Shown here piece by piece: positions 29,857 through 39,713 of a stretch of DNA of 53,461 nt. Origin of the DNA: Candidatus Moraniibacteriota bacterium (GTDB taxonomy: Bacteria > Patescibacteriota > Minisyncoccia > Moranbacterales > UBA9337); contig JALNYX010000002.1 of NCBI GenBank assembly GCA_023229615.1, forward strand, positions 8,797 to 62,257. The letters are read 5' to 3'. Position 1 is the first letter of the stretch. Every line of letters starts with the position of its first letter. Position numbers and translations under genes: made by a program. The notes under the pieces were generated by a model that was not told where the DNA came from, searched no databases, and worked only from the letters and a program-made list of their open reading frames with translations.

Positions 29857-30246
29857 TTATTTTTTCCACAATCCGTGAATATTGCAATACTCCCTAACTT
29901 CTTCAATTTCTTCCTTATTAATCGCAAATTCAGCCTCAGGAGCATTGCCAGACCTAAGATATTTTCGACAACTTTTTCCATCTTTGGTTATCACTTCAAT
30001 CCACTGAATATAATGAGTTTCTTCCATTGGATGCGCCACTTCTCCTACTTTCACCACAACTCCCTCCCCATTCACTTCAATTACAGGAACGTGTTTTTCC
30101 ATTCCTTGATCTTGTGTTTTTGCCTCCAAAAGTTCCATTGGCTGGTTGCAACAAACCAATTCTCCGCCTCCAACATTAACCACCTCCACGATATTTCCGC
30201 AGACATTGCATTTATAGATCTGATTTTTCAATGATACGTTTGCCAT
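29857..30246 (-). CDS. dfx: Desulfoferrodoxin (2Fe superoxide reductase)
   Basis: YKCNVCGN...LVCC desulforedoxin domain; EKHVP, HPM...HYI, CNIHG; start set at MANV. Confidence 0.95.
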   Translation of the reverse strand: MANVSLKNQIYKCNVCGNIVEVVNVGGGELVCCNQPMELLEAKTQDQGMEKHVPVIEVNGEGVVVKVGEVAHPMEETHYIQWIEVITKDGKSCRKYLRSGNAPEAEFAINKEEIEEVREYCNIHGLWKK

Positions 30247-30343
30247 AGTTTTGCATAACTTGGTATTCTTGCTCAAGAAACCAAAGTTAAAAGTTAAAAT
30301 TTAATATTTACATTTATTACTACTCGCTTGCACAAAATAAATT

Positions 30344-31285
30344 CTAATTCCCTATTTTTTCTTCCATTTTTGTGTCCTGCAAATAAAGTGGCAACGCAAC
30401 CAAGCTTACTAAAAGTTGGATAACCCTGCTCAAAATCACCACAGAAATCGCGGCGCTTGATGGCACTCCGAAAATACCAAAAAATGCGATATACGCCCAT
30501 TCTTTCACTCCAATATTTCCAACACTTATTGGAACGGAAGAAATAATGCTAATAAAAAAAATTACACTTAAATAGTTAAGTACTCCGATATTAATTCCGA
30601 CAGCCGCAAACAATACATAATTACAAAATGCCAATCCGACAAAAGAGAAACCAGTTGCCCAAATCATTGAGAAAAAAATTATTTTAAAATTTCGATACTC
30701 AGACAATTCTTCAAAATGTTTGGAAATAACTTTCGGTAAAAAACCAGAAATCCTTTGAACAAATTTGGATGGATAAAAATATGCCAAGCCAGCGACAATA
30801 AGAAGCACTACCCCTACTCCATAAATAAAATAATTCCAAATTGCAAATTTCTCCATCACCCCCAAATTAAACAATCCGAAAACCACACCCAAAATCATCG
30901 CAGTTAAAAGTCCACTCACTCTGTCAAAAACCACCGATGAAGCGCTGGAATGGATTTTTTTTTCCGCGCGTCCCAACGCCACGACGCGATATGTATCCCC
31001 TCCCACAAAAGAAGGAAAAAAATTATTCAGAAATATTCCGAGAACATATGTCTTAACAAAAAAATAAAATGGCTGTGAAAATCCCTTAAAATTAGCCAGT
31101 ATTTTCCATTTATAAGAAGAAATAAGTATTCCCACTACGTACAATATCACAAACAGCAAAAGAAAATAAAAATTAACCCCAATCAAATATCTCAAAACTT
31201 CTTTCCAATTAACAGAAAAAATCAACCAGCCGACCAAAATCAAGCTTACTATAATTTTAACTATATTCTTTGATCTTTTTGACAT
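30344..31285 (-). CDS. UPF0104 / lysylphosphatidylglycerol-synthase-TM flippase-like protein
   Basis: NNFFPSFVGGD, FDRVSG, PISVGNIGVKE; multi-TM. Confidence 0.88.
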   Translation of the reverse strand: MSKRSKNIVKIIVSLILVGWLIFSVNWKEVLRYLIGVNFYFLLLFVILYVVGILISSYKWKILANFKGFSQPFYFFVKTYVLGIFLNNFFPSFVGGDTYRVVALGRAEKKIHSSASSVVFDRVSGLLTAMILGVVFGLFNLGVMEKFAIWNYFIYGVGVVLLIVAGLAYFYPSKFVQRISGFLPKVISKHFEELSEYRNFKIIFFSMIWATGFSFVGLAFCNYVLFAAVGINIGVLNYLSVIFFISIISSVPISVGNIGVKEWAYIAFFGIFGVPSSAAISVVILSRVIQLLVSLVALPLYLQDTKMEEKIGN

Positions 31286-31317
31286 AATTTAATAAAAAAT
31301 GAGTATTCTTAGATTAA

Positions 31318-31474
31318 TTTCCAAAAATATAATTTTTTATAAAAATTTTTGGTGGGAACCATGGAAAATTGATACATTTTATCCAGTGATATTATCGGCA
31401 TCATCTTTCCATTAGAACTATAAAGTTCGTGACCTGGCCCCGGAAATTTTTATAAAAAATTATATTTTTGGAAA
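31318..31474. repeat. Intergenic element with a perfect 31-bp terminal inverted repeat
   Basis: TTTCCAAAAATATAATTTTTTATAAAAATTT at 31318-31348 and its reverse complement at 31444-31474. Confidence 0.9.
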
Positions 31475-31485
31475 ACGAAAAATAA

Positions 31486-32652
31486 TCAACCAACATTTCT
31501 GTACAAATTCACATACTGCTTTGCCACTTTTTCCCAACTCATCTTCTCGGCAATTTTTCGGCTCTCGCGCCCCATCCGCACCCTCAACTCCTCATTGGAA
31601 ATTATTTTTTCCAATTTTTCCGCCAAATCGCGAGCATCTTTCATCTTCACAATATAACCATTAACTCCCTCCTTAACCAATTCATCCGCCCCTCCAGTAT
31701 CAGTGGAAACAATTGGCAAACCACTGGAAAGCGCCTCCAGCATCGCATTACTCATCCCTTCATTGAGTGACGGCAAAACAAAAATATCCGCTTTTTGATA
31801 ATAAGAAAAAGTTTTCTCCCGCGGAACTCTCCCAAGAAACTTCACTTTTTTTTCCAATCCAAGCTTTTTTGTTTGATTTTCCAAATCATCTTTCGCATCA
31901 CCCTCTCCCATAATTTCCACAAAAATATTGGGAAATTTTTCCTTAAGTAAATCCACCGCCTCAATCAAATAATTAATTCCCTTACGAGCAGTCACCCTCG
32001 TCGCTCCTATTGTCAAATAAATTTTTCCATTTTCTTTCCTTGAATTATCCGCCTTAAATTCTTCAATATCTATTCCATTATAAATCACGCCTATTTCTTG
32101 CTTGCTATCCGTTTGATGCGCCAAACTTTTGAGTCCCTTACTATTTGCAACAACCGCCGCGGATTTATTCCAAATATGTTTTATAAAAAAAGAAATTGTC
32201 CTATATATAAACCCGAACCGATCGCTATATCCCGGAACATCGCTTCCTCGCAAGGAAATAATATATGGTATTTTATTTTGCCACCAAAGCGCCCAGGAAA
32301 TCGCCCCGCAAGGAACTGTAAAAAATGAATGCGTCGCATCATACTTATTTCTCTTAACCAATTTTTTGGCAAAAAAATATGCCCTCCAAGCGTACACAAT
32401 AAGTTCTTTCTGCGATTGAAAGTGCAGATTGGATTCATTTTTACCAATCGGCAAACGATGCACACGCACATTTTTTCCAATTTTTTCCAAATGATATGCT
32501 CCATCAATTGAAGAAGTAATCAAATCAACCTCCAAATCATCGATTTTTACGTATTCACGCAAAAGAAAAAAAGTGGCATTCGCCGCCCCTCCTCCCAACG
32601 GAGGATATTCATAATTAAAAAAAAGTATTTTCATTTTTTCATATTTCTTCAT
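31486..32652 (-). CDS. Glycosyltransferase family 4
   Basis: YEYPPLGGGA, RKG, LPSLNEGMSNAMLEA. Confidence 0.93.
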   Translation of the reverse strand: MKKYEKMKILFFNYEYPPLGGGAANATFFLLREYVKIDDLEVDLITSSIDGAYHLEKIGKNVRVHRLPIGKNESNLHFQSQKELIVYAWRAYFFAKKLVKRNKYDATHSFFTVPCGAISWALWWQNKIPYIISLRGSDVPGYSDRFGFIYRTISFFIKHIWNKSAAVVANSKGLKSLAHQTDSKQEIGVIYNGIDIEEFKADNSRKENGKIYLTIGATRVTARKGINYLIEAVDLLKEKFPNIFVEIMGEGDAKDDLENQTKKLGLEKKVKFLGRVPREKTFSYYQKADIFVLPSLNEGMSNAMLEALSSGLPIVSTDTGGADELVKEGVNGYIVKMKDARDLAEKLEKIISNEELRVRMGRESRKIAEKMSWEKVAKQYVNLYRNVG

Positions 32653-32682
32653 TTTTCGAAAAACACCAACCGATACAAGAAA

Positions 32683-33633
32683 CTACTGTCGTTTAATAGA
32701 CTTTATCACATAATTCATTCTTCCGTGATTTTTGTAATAGTTTTTCACAATAATATCCGCGAGGAGTCCAGAAACAAAAAGTTGAACACCCACCAAAATC
32801 ATAAACAATCCAACCAGTGGCCATATCTTGTCCGAAAGCTCCGCTCCAAAAAATATTTTTCCAACCAGCATCCAAATTAAAATTGCAACACCCGCAAAAG
32901 AAAGAAACGCCCCGCTTCCGCCAAAAAGATGCAGAGGTCGGCTGGAATATTTTCTCCAAAACCAAACAGAAACCATATCAACAATTCCCTTTACTCCTCG
33001 TTTCCAATTATATTTTGTCACTCCTGCTACTCGCGGATGATGATTCACTTTCACTTCTCCCACCTTCCAACCATCCAACTCCAATATCGCTGGAATAAAA
33101 CGATGCATTTCCCCAAACAAATCAATTGTCTTGAGCGCTTCGGATCGATATACCTTCAATGAGCATCCGCTATCATGAATATTATCCTGGATGAGAATTT
33201 TTCGAAGAATATTCGCCGCCCTAGATGACAAGTGCTTGCTCAAGGAATCTTTTCTTTGCCAGCGCCATCCGGAAACCACATCAAATCCTTCCTCCATCTT
33301 TTCTAACAGTTTTGAAATATCATCCGGATCATTTTGCAAATCGCCATCCATCGTCACAATCAATTCTCCTCGCGCCGCTTTGAAACCAGCATCGAAAGCC
33401 GCAGTCTGTCCAAAATTTTTCCGTTGCTCGATCAGGACCAATGGGGATAAATTTTTGCATTTTTCCACTGTTGCGTCCCTTGATCCATCATCCACGAAAA
33501 TAATTTCAAAACTGCGTCCCAACTTTTTGCATGCCGCTAATATTTTTTCATGCAATTTTTCAACATTACCCTCTTCATTGTACAAAGGCACCACCACTGA
33601 AATATCCAATTTTTCCGATTCCTGCATAGACAT
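32683..33633 (-). CDS. Glycosyltransferase family 2 (polyprenol-phosphate GT, GtrB/ArnC-like)
   Basis: VVVPLYNEE, VDDGSRD, MDGDLQNDP; two C-terminal TMs. Confidence 0.93.
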   Translation of the reverse strand: MSMQESEKLDISVVVPLYNEEGNVEKLHEKILAACKKLGRSFEIIFVDDGSRDATVEKCKNLSPLVLIEQRKNFGQTAAFDAGFKAARGELIVTMDGDLQNDPDDISKLLEKMEEGFDVVSGWRWQRKDSLSKHLSSRAANILRKILIQDNIHDSGCSLKVYRSEALKTIDLFGEMHRFIPAILELDGWKVGEVKVNHHPRVAGVTKYNWKRGVKGIVDMVSVWFWRKYSSRPLHLFGGSGAFLSFAGVAILIWMLVGKIFFGAELSDKIWPLVGLFMILVGVQLFVSGLLADIIVKNYYKNHGRMNYVIKSIKRQ

Positions 33634-33750
33634 ATAATTTTATAAATATTTATTACCAATTTCACTTTTTATTATACCTCAAATAAAAGAGGGCTACAAT
33701 AAGAGATATTTATTGACATAATCCCTGTTTTTACGTAATCTTAACGGGAT

Positions 33751-34956
33751 ATGAAGCGACACATCATAATCCACTACAATGAAATTGCCCTTAAGGGAGG
33801 AAATCGCCGATATTTCGAAACTATCTTAATTCAAAACATTCAGACCTTCCTCCAGCGAGATTTTCCGGAAATGCAGTTTGAAACCAAAAATCTCTTTGGG
33901 CGTATTTTAGTTTCCACATCAAAAAGCATCGACGCTGAAGCGGAAAATAAAATAACGGAAATTCTCAAGCTTGTTTTTGGAATTGCCAATTTTTCTTTTG
34001 CTTGGAATTTTTCCCGCGATCTGGAAGAAATTCAAAAAAATATCTGGCAAATCGTCAAAAAAGAAAAACTCGAAAAAAAATTGAAAACATTCAGAATAAG
34101 CGCTCGCCGATCAGACAAAAGCTTCCCTCTCACCTCAAATCAAATCAACCAACAAATTGGAAGCTACTTATTTTTGAAACTTGAAAAAAAATTCCCAAAA
34201 ATAAAAGTAAGCCTAAAAAATCCAAATCTAAACTGCTTCATTGAAATAACTGAAAAAACATCCTTCGTTTATTTTGAGAAAATAAAAGGAGCCGGAGGAA
34301 TTCCGGTTTCAGCCTCCGGTAAAGCCTTGGCACTTCTCTCTGGAGGAATTGATTCTCCGGTCGCTGCCTACTTCGGAATGAAAAGAGGAGTAAAAATCGA
34401 TTTTATCCATTTTCATTCTCTGCCTTTTGTTTCACCGGCATCAATAGAAAAAGTCAAACAATTGGCAAAAATCACATCCAGATTTCAACCGAGTTCTAAA
34501 ATATTTCTCGTTCCATTTGGAAATATTCAAAAAGAAATATTAATCAATATTCCAGAAAAATTACGCATACTTTTTTATCGCCGTTTAATGATGCAAATCT
34601 CTGAATCCATTGCTAAAAAAGAAAAGTATTTGGCCCTCTATACCGGAGAATCAGTCGCCCAGGTTGCCTCGCAAACTCTGGAAAATATCCACGCCACCAA
34701 TGAAGCGGTAGAAATTCTCGTTCTACGACCATTAATTGGCTTCGACAAAGAAGACATCATCGCCAAGGCGCAAGAAATCAGAACATTTGAGACATCCATC
34801 ATTCCCCATCAAGATTGTTGCACCCGTTTTGTCCCCAAACATCCTGAAACGCGCGCTAAAATTGAAGAAATAAAAAAAGCCGAAAAAAATCTCGACATAC
34901 CAAAAATCATTCAATCAGCTTTAAAAAATATGGAGATTGAAAAAATAAATCAATAA
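33751..34956 (+). CDS. thiI: tRNA 4-thiouridine synthase ThiI (THUMP + PP-loop, no rhodanese domain)
   Basis: EIALKGGNR, LLSGGIDSPVA, GESVAQVASQT, DCC. Confidence 0.96.
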   Translation: MKRHIIIHYNEIALKGGNRRYFETILIQNIQTFLQRDFPEMQFETKNLFGRILVSTSKSIDAEAENKITEILKLVFGIANFSFAWNFSRDLEEIQKNIWQIVKKEKLEKKLKTFRISARRSDKSFPLTSNQINQQIGSYLFLKLEKKFPKIKVSLKNPNLNCFIEITEKTSFVYFEKIKGAGGIPVSASGKALALLSGGIDSPVAAYFGMKRGVKIDFIHFHSLPFVSPASIEKVKQLAKITSRFQPSSKIFLVPFGNIQKEILINIPEKLRILFYRRLMMQISESIAKKEKYLALYTGESVAQVASQTLENIHATNEAVEILVLRPLIGFDKEDIIAKAQEIRTFETSIIPHQDCCTRFVPKHPETRAKIEEIKKAEKNLDIPKIIQSALKNMEIEKINQ

Positions 34957-34988
34957 AAAAACTTGACCACTGCCGGTCAAGTTTTTTT
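34955..34988. terminator. Bidirectional intrinsic terminator
   Basis: A7-CTTGACC...GGTCAAG-T7 between convergent genes. Confidence 0.85.
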
Positions 34989-35012
34989 GACACATTTATC
35001 AAGAAAAATTAC

Positions 35013-35912
35013 CTAGTAATTATTTGGATTTTTCCATACGCTAGGAACTTGAGGGGTACTCTTTTCTTCCTTAGACACATTGCTTTGCGCCTGTCCAATT
35101 CCTTTTTGAAATGTTTGTAAAATAAATTTAGACAGAACAGACGTAATAACTTCAGGCGTATAATTAGCTGATGAAATCATCTCAAATGCCATAGCCATAC
35201 TTTCTTCTTTAAGAGATTTTACCGTTGATCCGGGAGTAATTGTCTTTCCATTACTTTCGACACCTTCATATCCTCCTCCGACAATCGCCTTTATTTCAGC
35301 TTCTTTCTCTTTCTTTCTTTGCTCCTCTATTATATTCGTCTGCAATTTCAAAGCACTTCCCATCGGATTAGTTTCTCTGAGCGCACTAAACATTCTCCAT
35401 CCAGCAGTTCCCGACAAAGAAGAAGTTGGATCCCCGATAATTTCATCGATAAAGGAATTTTTCTTTACTGAACTATTGCTACCTATTACCTGACTTTTCG
35501 CATATTCAGTTAAATAACGTGAGTAATTAAAATCTCCACTATTTGAAATATAATTAACCCTGGAATTTTTCCCACCAACAGAGGCTGAAATCAAATCATT
35601 TGTATATAAAGCAATCTCATCTCTGGAAGCATCGAAAAGATATTCATCCCAATCTTGAATTATAAGAGAACCTCCGCGAGAAGATCCGGAAAGCAAGCTA
35701 TCTACCTGATCATTAATCATTTCCGCTGCCGCCTGCTTCAAAGTGCCGAGAACCGCCCCGTGCATTTCAAACGCCATTTCATCAAGCATTTGACCATAAG
35801 CAAAACCAACTATATCCGGCCATGCTACCGTAGCACTGGATTTGTTAACAGAAAATCCAAAAGATACAATACTGATAACTCCCACTATTGCTAATTTAAA
35901 TCTCAATTTCAT
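35013..35912 (-). CDS. Hypothetical secreted helical protein
   Basis: Signal peptide; 299-aa ORF in an operon with the next gene. Confidence 0.75.
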   Translation of the reverse strand: MKLRFKLAIVGVISIVSFGFSVNKSSATVAWPDIVGFAYGQMLDEMAFEMHGAVLGTLKQAAAEMINDQVDSLLSGSSRGGSLIIQDWDEYLFDASRDEIALYTNDLISASVGGKNSRVNYISNSGDFNYSRYLTEYAKSQVIGSNSSVKKNSFIDEIIGDPTSSLSGTAGWRMFSALRETNPMGSALKLQTNIIEEQRKKEKEAEIKAIVGGGYEGVESNGKTITPGSTVKSLKEESMAMAFEMISSANYTPEVITSVLSKFILQTFQKGIGQAQSNVSKEEKSTPQVPSVWKNPNNY

Positions 35913-35916
35913 CTTT

Positions 35917-36903
35917 TTACAAATTAATTGGAAGGGCCTGGATACCCAATTCTGAAAATTCGCTTTCTACTTCTTGCGTAAAATCAGAAACTAAAGTCAA
36001 CAAACCTTCAACCTTGGAAAGATTGGCTATTGTTTCAATTGGATCGCTAGAATCCGGCTTAACTTCATCCCCCAAAGACACGGCATATTTCAATATCTTT
36101 AATCCTTTTATGTGCAACTCCAAAAAATTTTCCGGAACCTCTATTTCCTGCAATTGATCCATTGATCCTTCGGCTTTGCCTGCTAATTCTTCGAAATACG
36201 AAACATTAGAAAGAGATGTGGAAAAAGTTTCCACTTGACTCATAAAATCATTAGCAAAAGTCTTAATATCTTTTTCACTAGAAATACTATAAGGAAGATT
36301 ATTTATCGCCAAATAAGATACTGCTGTCAAATATTCAACTGCATCCTCCTTTTCTCTTTCTTCTCTTTTTTCATCACTCAAACTTGAATAATTTTGTTTT
36401 TTTATTTTAATCAAACTTTCATCCACATCAGGGAGGTCTTCAAAAGAAATTTTTGAATTCAACGTATTTTGAACTAATTCATCAATATCTGCCAAGTTCA
36501 CATTTCCATCACCAGAATTTGCATTTGAGATCAAACTTGCAACACCTGCTGACAATTCTTGTGTAAGATTTTCATTCACAGCAACTTCTTGTTCTCCGCC
36601 CACACCCTCTGTTTCGAGTTTGTTACTACTGCTAACAATCTTATCTCCAGGAGCAGGCTTAAGCGGATCATAACCGCTCTTCAATTCTATTCCATCAGAA
36701 TATCCATCCATATCAGTATCGGGAAGATTCGGATCTGTTCCATATGCCAATTCTTCCTGATCGCTCAATCCATCTTGATCAGAATCTGCAAATATATTCT
36801 TGTTAGAAGAAGAATTATTTTGCGCTATCGCATGAACAGAAAAACCCGCTACAACCAGCGCCACAAATATTAACAATGTTGTTTTTATTTTTTTTATTTC
36901 CAC
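35917..36903 (-). CDS. Secreted protein with thrombospondin type-3-like Ca-binding repeats
   Basis: DSDQDGLSDQEE..YGTDP..PDTDMDGYSDG.E...GYDP. Confidence 0.85.
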   Translation of the reverse strand: MEIKKIKTTLLIFVALVVAGFSVHAIAQNNSSSNKNIFADSDQDGLSDQEELAYGTDPNLPDTDMDGYSDGIELKSGYDPLKPAPGDKIVSSSNKLETEGVGGEQEVAVNENLTQELSAGVASLISNANSGDGNVNLADIDELVQNTLNSKISFEDLPDVDESLIKIKKQNYSSLSDEKREEREKEDAVEYLTAVSYLAINNLPYSISSEKDIKTFANDFMSQVETFSTSLSNVSYFEELAGKAEGSMDQLQEIEVPENFLELHIKGLKILKYAVSLGDEVKPDSSDPIETIANLSKVEGLLTLVSDFTQEVESEFSELGIQALPINL

Positions 36904-37028
36904 TTTTTTTTATTTTAACAAAGTCTTACTTTTATTATACATCATTTTGAATTATACAACAAAATACAATGCAAGCAAATACCTTGATTTAATATACAAT
37001 TTAAGATAAATTAGAATTAACCAAAAAT

Positions 37029-38666
37029 ATGAACAAAATAAGCCAAATAATCGAAAAAATAGAAAACTATCCGACAAATTTCAATTCCTGGAGTATCTCC
37101 TTGCTGGGGATTATCAGCTTGAGAATCTTAATTGAAAATTGGCTGGGCAATTTTAGCACCGACAGCATTTCTTATTTCTTCTTTCATGCCTCTTACAACT
37201 TCTTATTTTTTATTTTTGCATATATTCTCTTTTCTATACTGATAAAATTACTCATAGAAAAAGATTTAAAAAAAATATCCAACTTTTTACTTTTTGGATA
37301 TTCAATCATTCTTCTTCCTCCATTAATCGATCACATAATCTCGCGCGGTCATGGATTTTTCAGTTTTTACGGATTATACGGGTTTTCTGAACTCATAAAA
37401 AGATACTTTACTTTTTTTGGAGACAACCCAGAAATTGGAGTTACCTATGGAGTAAGAATTGAAATTGCATTTTCAGTCCTATCTATCTTTTTTTATAGCT
37501 ATATTAAAACAAGAAAAATCAATAAATCATTAATCACTCTCATTGCGACTTATACAGTTTTTTTCATTCTAGCAACCTTCCCATCTTGGATAACTCTTGC
37601 CATAAAAGGAATTCCGAGCGGTTTCTTATCAATAACCGAATTATCCATTGCTCAAATGTTCCTTTCTCCGGCTAAAATATTCAATCATGAAATTGGAACT
37701 TTTATCAATGCACTGAGTGTAAAAATGAGCATCATTTATTCGCTTCTTGCTCCCATAACCATTTGCATCGGATTCTATTTTTTCCAAAAAGAAAAATTAA
37801 TTTCATTTTTAAAAAACACCAGGCCCCCACAACTCTTATATCACGGCGGCCTTTTGACTCTAGGAATGGGTTTAGGTATGTTATTTACCAATCCTCTGTG
37901 GGATATAAATTTTTTTAACATCTTAAGCTTTTTCGTATTATTGGAAGCAGTTTCCTTCGCCTGGATATCCTCCTCGGTTGTTAATGATATTTTCGATCAA
38001 AAAATAGACGAGATATCCAACAACCAACGTCCTCTCGTAAAAAAGATTATCCCAGTAAATGAATACAAAACAATCGGAGTGATTTTATTCATTTTTTCGA
38101 TATGGTTTTCACTCCTGATTAACGCCAAAGTAGCCATACTTTTAATTGCCTATCAAGCCTTGGCGTGGGTATATTCAGCGTGGCCACTTAGATTAAAAAG
38201 ATTTCCAATCATAGCGACATTTATAAGCTCTGTGGCTTCCACTCTTATAGTTTTTTCCGGATTCATAGTGTCATCACCAAAACAAAATATTGAAAATCTT
38301 CCTTTTTCTATTATTCTTTTACTCTTGATTTCCTATACCATCTCTCTCTCATTAAAAGATATCAAGGATATTAAAGGCGACAAAAATGACGGGGTTTTTA
38401 CTATTCCGGTTATTTTCGGTGAAAAATGGGGGAAAATTATTGTCGGTAGTGGAATTTTCATTTCCTATCTTCTGAGTGTTTTCTTCCTCCGCGAACCGCG
38501 CTTGTTTTGGTGGGCAATCCTGTTTGGAGGAATTTCTTTTTGGATTATCAATTATTCTTCGTTGGATGAAACAAAAAAAATAAACCACCGCAACCTCCCC
38601 TGGTGGATTATGGCTCCTTTGATTTTTTACGGATCAATATTGATAAAAATTATTTTTATCCAATAA
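37029..38666 (+). CDS. UbiA-family prenyltransferase with N-terminal multi-TM extension
   Basis: NDIFDQKID...RPL, YSAWPLRLK, KDIKDIKGD...TIP. Confidence 0.88.
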   Translation: MNKISQIIEKIENYPTNFNSWSISLLGIISLRILIENWLGNFSTDSISYFFFHASYNFLFFIFAYILFSILIKLLIEKDLKKISNFLLFGYSIILLPPLIDHIISRGHGFFSFYGLYGFSELIKRYFTFFGDNPEIGVTYGVRIEIAFSVLSIFFYSYIKTRKINKSLITLIATYTVFFILATFPSWITLAIKGIPSGFLSITELSIAQMFLSPAKIFNHEIGTFINALSVKMSIIYSLLAPITICIGFYFFQKEKLISFLKNTRPPQLLYHGGLLTLGMGLGMLFTNPLWDINFFNILSFFVLLEAVSFAWISSSVVNDIFDQKIDEISNNQRPLVKKIIPVNEYKTIGVILFIFSIWFSLLINAKVAILLIAYQALAWVYSAWPLRLKRFPIIATFISSVASTLIVFSGFIVSSPKQNIENLPFSIILLLLISYTISLSLKDIKDIKGDKNDGVFTIPVIFGEKWGKIIVGSGIFISYLLSVFFLREPRLFWWAILFGGISFWIINYSSLDETKKINHRNLPWWIMAPLIFYGSILIKIIFIQ

Positions 38667-38779
38667 AAAAACGGGGGTCTGCAAAAATTCGCAAATCCCC
38701 GGAATATTCCGTTATTACCACCCTTCTACTGCCATTTTTCTCCGTCGCCAAGGGCTTAATATCACACTCACTGTTATTT

Positions 38780-38965
38780 CTACGAAAATATATTAGGAAA
38801 AAGGGACTTGAAAATGATCCACAATATAGTCCCGTTTAACATATATATTGCCTGGGTAATTGGGTCAACATGTACACCATGAAAATTGTTAATGGATGCT
38901 GTGACTACTGGGGAAACAATGAGTGAAATAATTAGAAACACGACTACTCTTGTTTCTGTACTCAT
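38780..38965 (-). CDS. Small two-TM membrane protein
   Basis: Start reassigned to MSTETR (ATGA overlap with the upstream stop). Confidence 0.65.
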   Translation of the reverse strand: MSTETRVVVFLIISLIVSPVVTASINNFHGVHVDPITQAIYMLNGTILWIIFKSLFPNIFS

Positions 38966-39510
38966 ATTCTGAAGCATAATTGATCCTCCTTAAACCGACT
39001 ATTGAGTCTGATTAATTTTGCGTAATCCTTATCGAAAAATGCTTCGCTCATTTTTATTAAGAACTCCCGCAACACTTCTTCGGAGGAAAGCGTCATATTT
39101 TTCAGCAAATCACTTTTTTGATGGGGTACATAAGTAAAAAAGAATAATATCTTCTTCATTAAGCCTTTGCTATCAGGAAGTTCATGCGGCCTTCCAATTT
39201 TTAACTTCAAAATTTCCTCTATTGTTCGTAGTGTCCAAAGATCAAGATCTTCTTTGCTTAAAGCTTTACAACCCCATCCAGCGGCTCCAAATTGTGCCAT
39301 GAGTCGTAGGTCTTTCATGGCCAATAAAATCGCCAAATTCGCAGCCAATACTGGATGCACCACGCCATGACTGCAAAGATCTGATAAATAAAGTTTAACA
39401 TTTTCCTTACCGCCTAAACACATCCAGCTTCCAATAAAACATGGGTCAATTAGTTCAAGTATTGATTCTACTTTTTCTTCTTCACTTTCTTTTGAGACAA
39501 CATTACCCAT
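38962..39510 (-). CDS. Hypothetical protein
   Basis: 182-aa ORF, AAGGGG SD, divergent from the TrmB regulator. Confidence 0.7.
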   Translation of the reverse strand: MGNVVSKESEEEKVESILELIDPCFIGSWMCLGGKENVKLYLSDLCSHGVVHPVLAANLAILLAMKDLRLMAQFGAAGWGCKALSKEDLDLWTLRTIEEILKLKIGRPHELPDSKGLMKKILFFFTYVPHQKSDLLKNMTLSSEEVLREFLIKMSEAFFDKDYAKLIRLNSRFKEDQLCFRI

Positions 39511-39663
39511 AGCTAACCCCCTTGGTTGCTAAATTTTTAAAAAACTTTCATTGTTCTGACTATATAAATTAGCACACATTCAACGGTTAATCAACAGTAT
39601 GTCCTAAAATACGACCTCGGATTTTAAATTTATAATCCAGATTTTCTTTAATTCAAGCCTATA

Positions 39664-39692
39664 TTGACTATACAATTGATGTGTGATATACT
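39664..39692 (+). promoter_or_regulatory. sigma70 promoter of the TrmB-family gene
   Basis: TTGACT, 17 nt, TATACT with TG-n extended -10. Confidence 0.75.
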
Positions 39693-39713
39693 GTTGTCAT
39701 AAATAACAACACT

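Noticed and set aside
35013..36903. Type IV secretion/conjugation components
   Set aside because: Only a vague resemblance; no VirB4, VirD4 or VirB6 gene in the window
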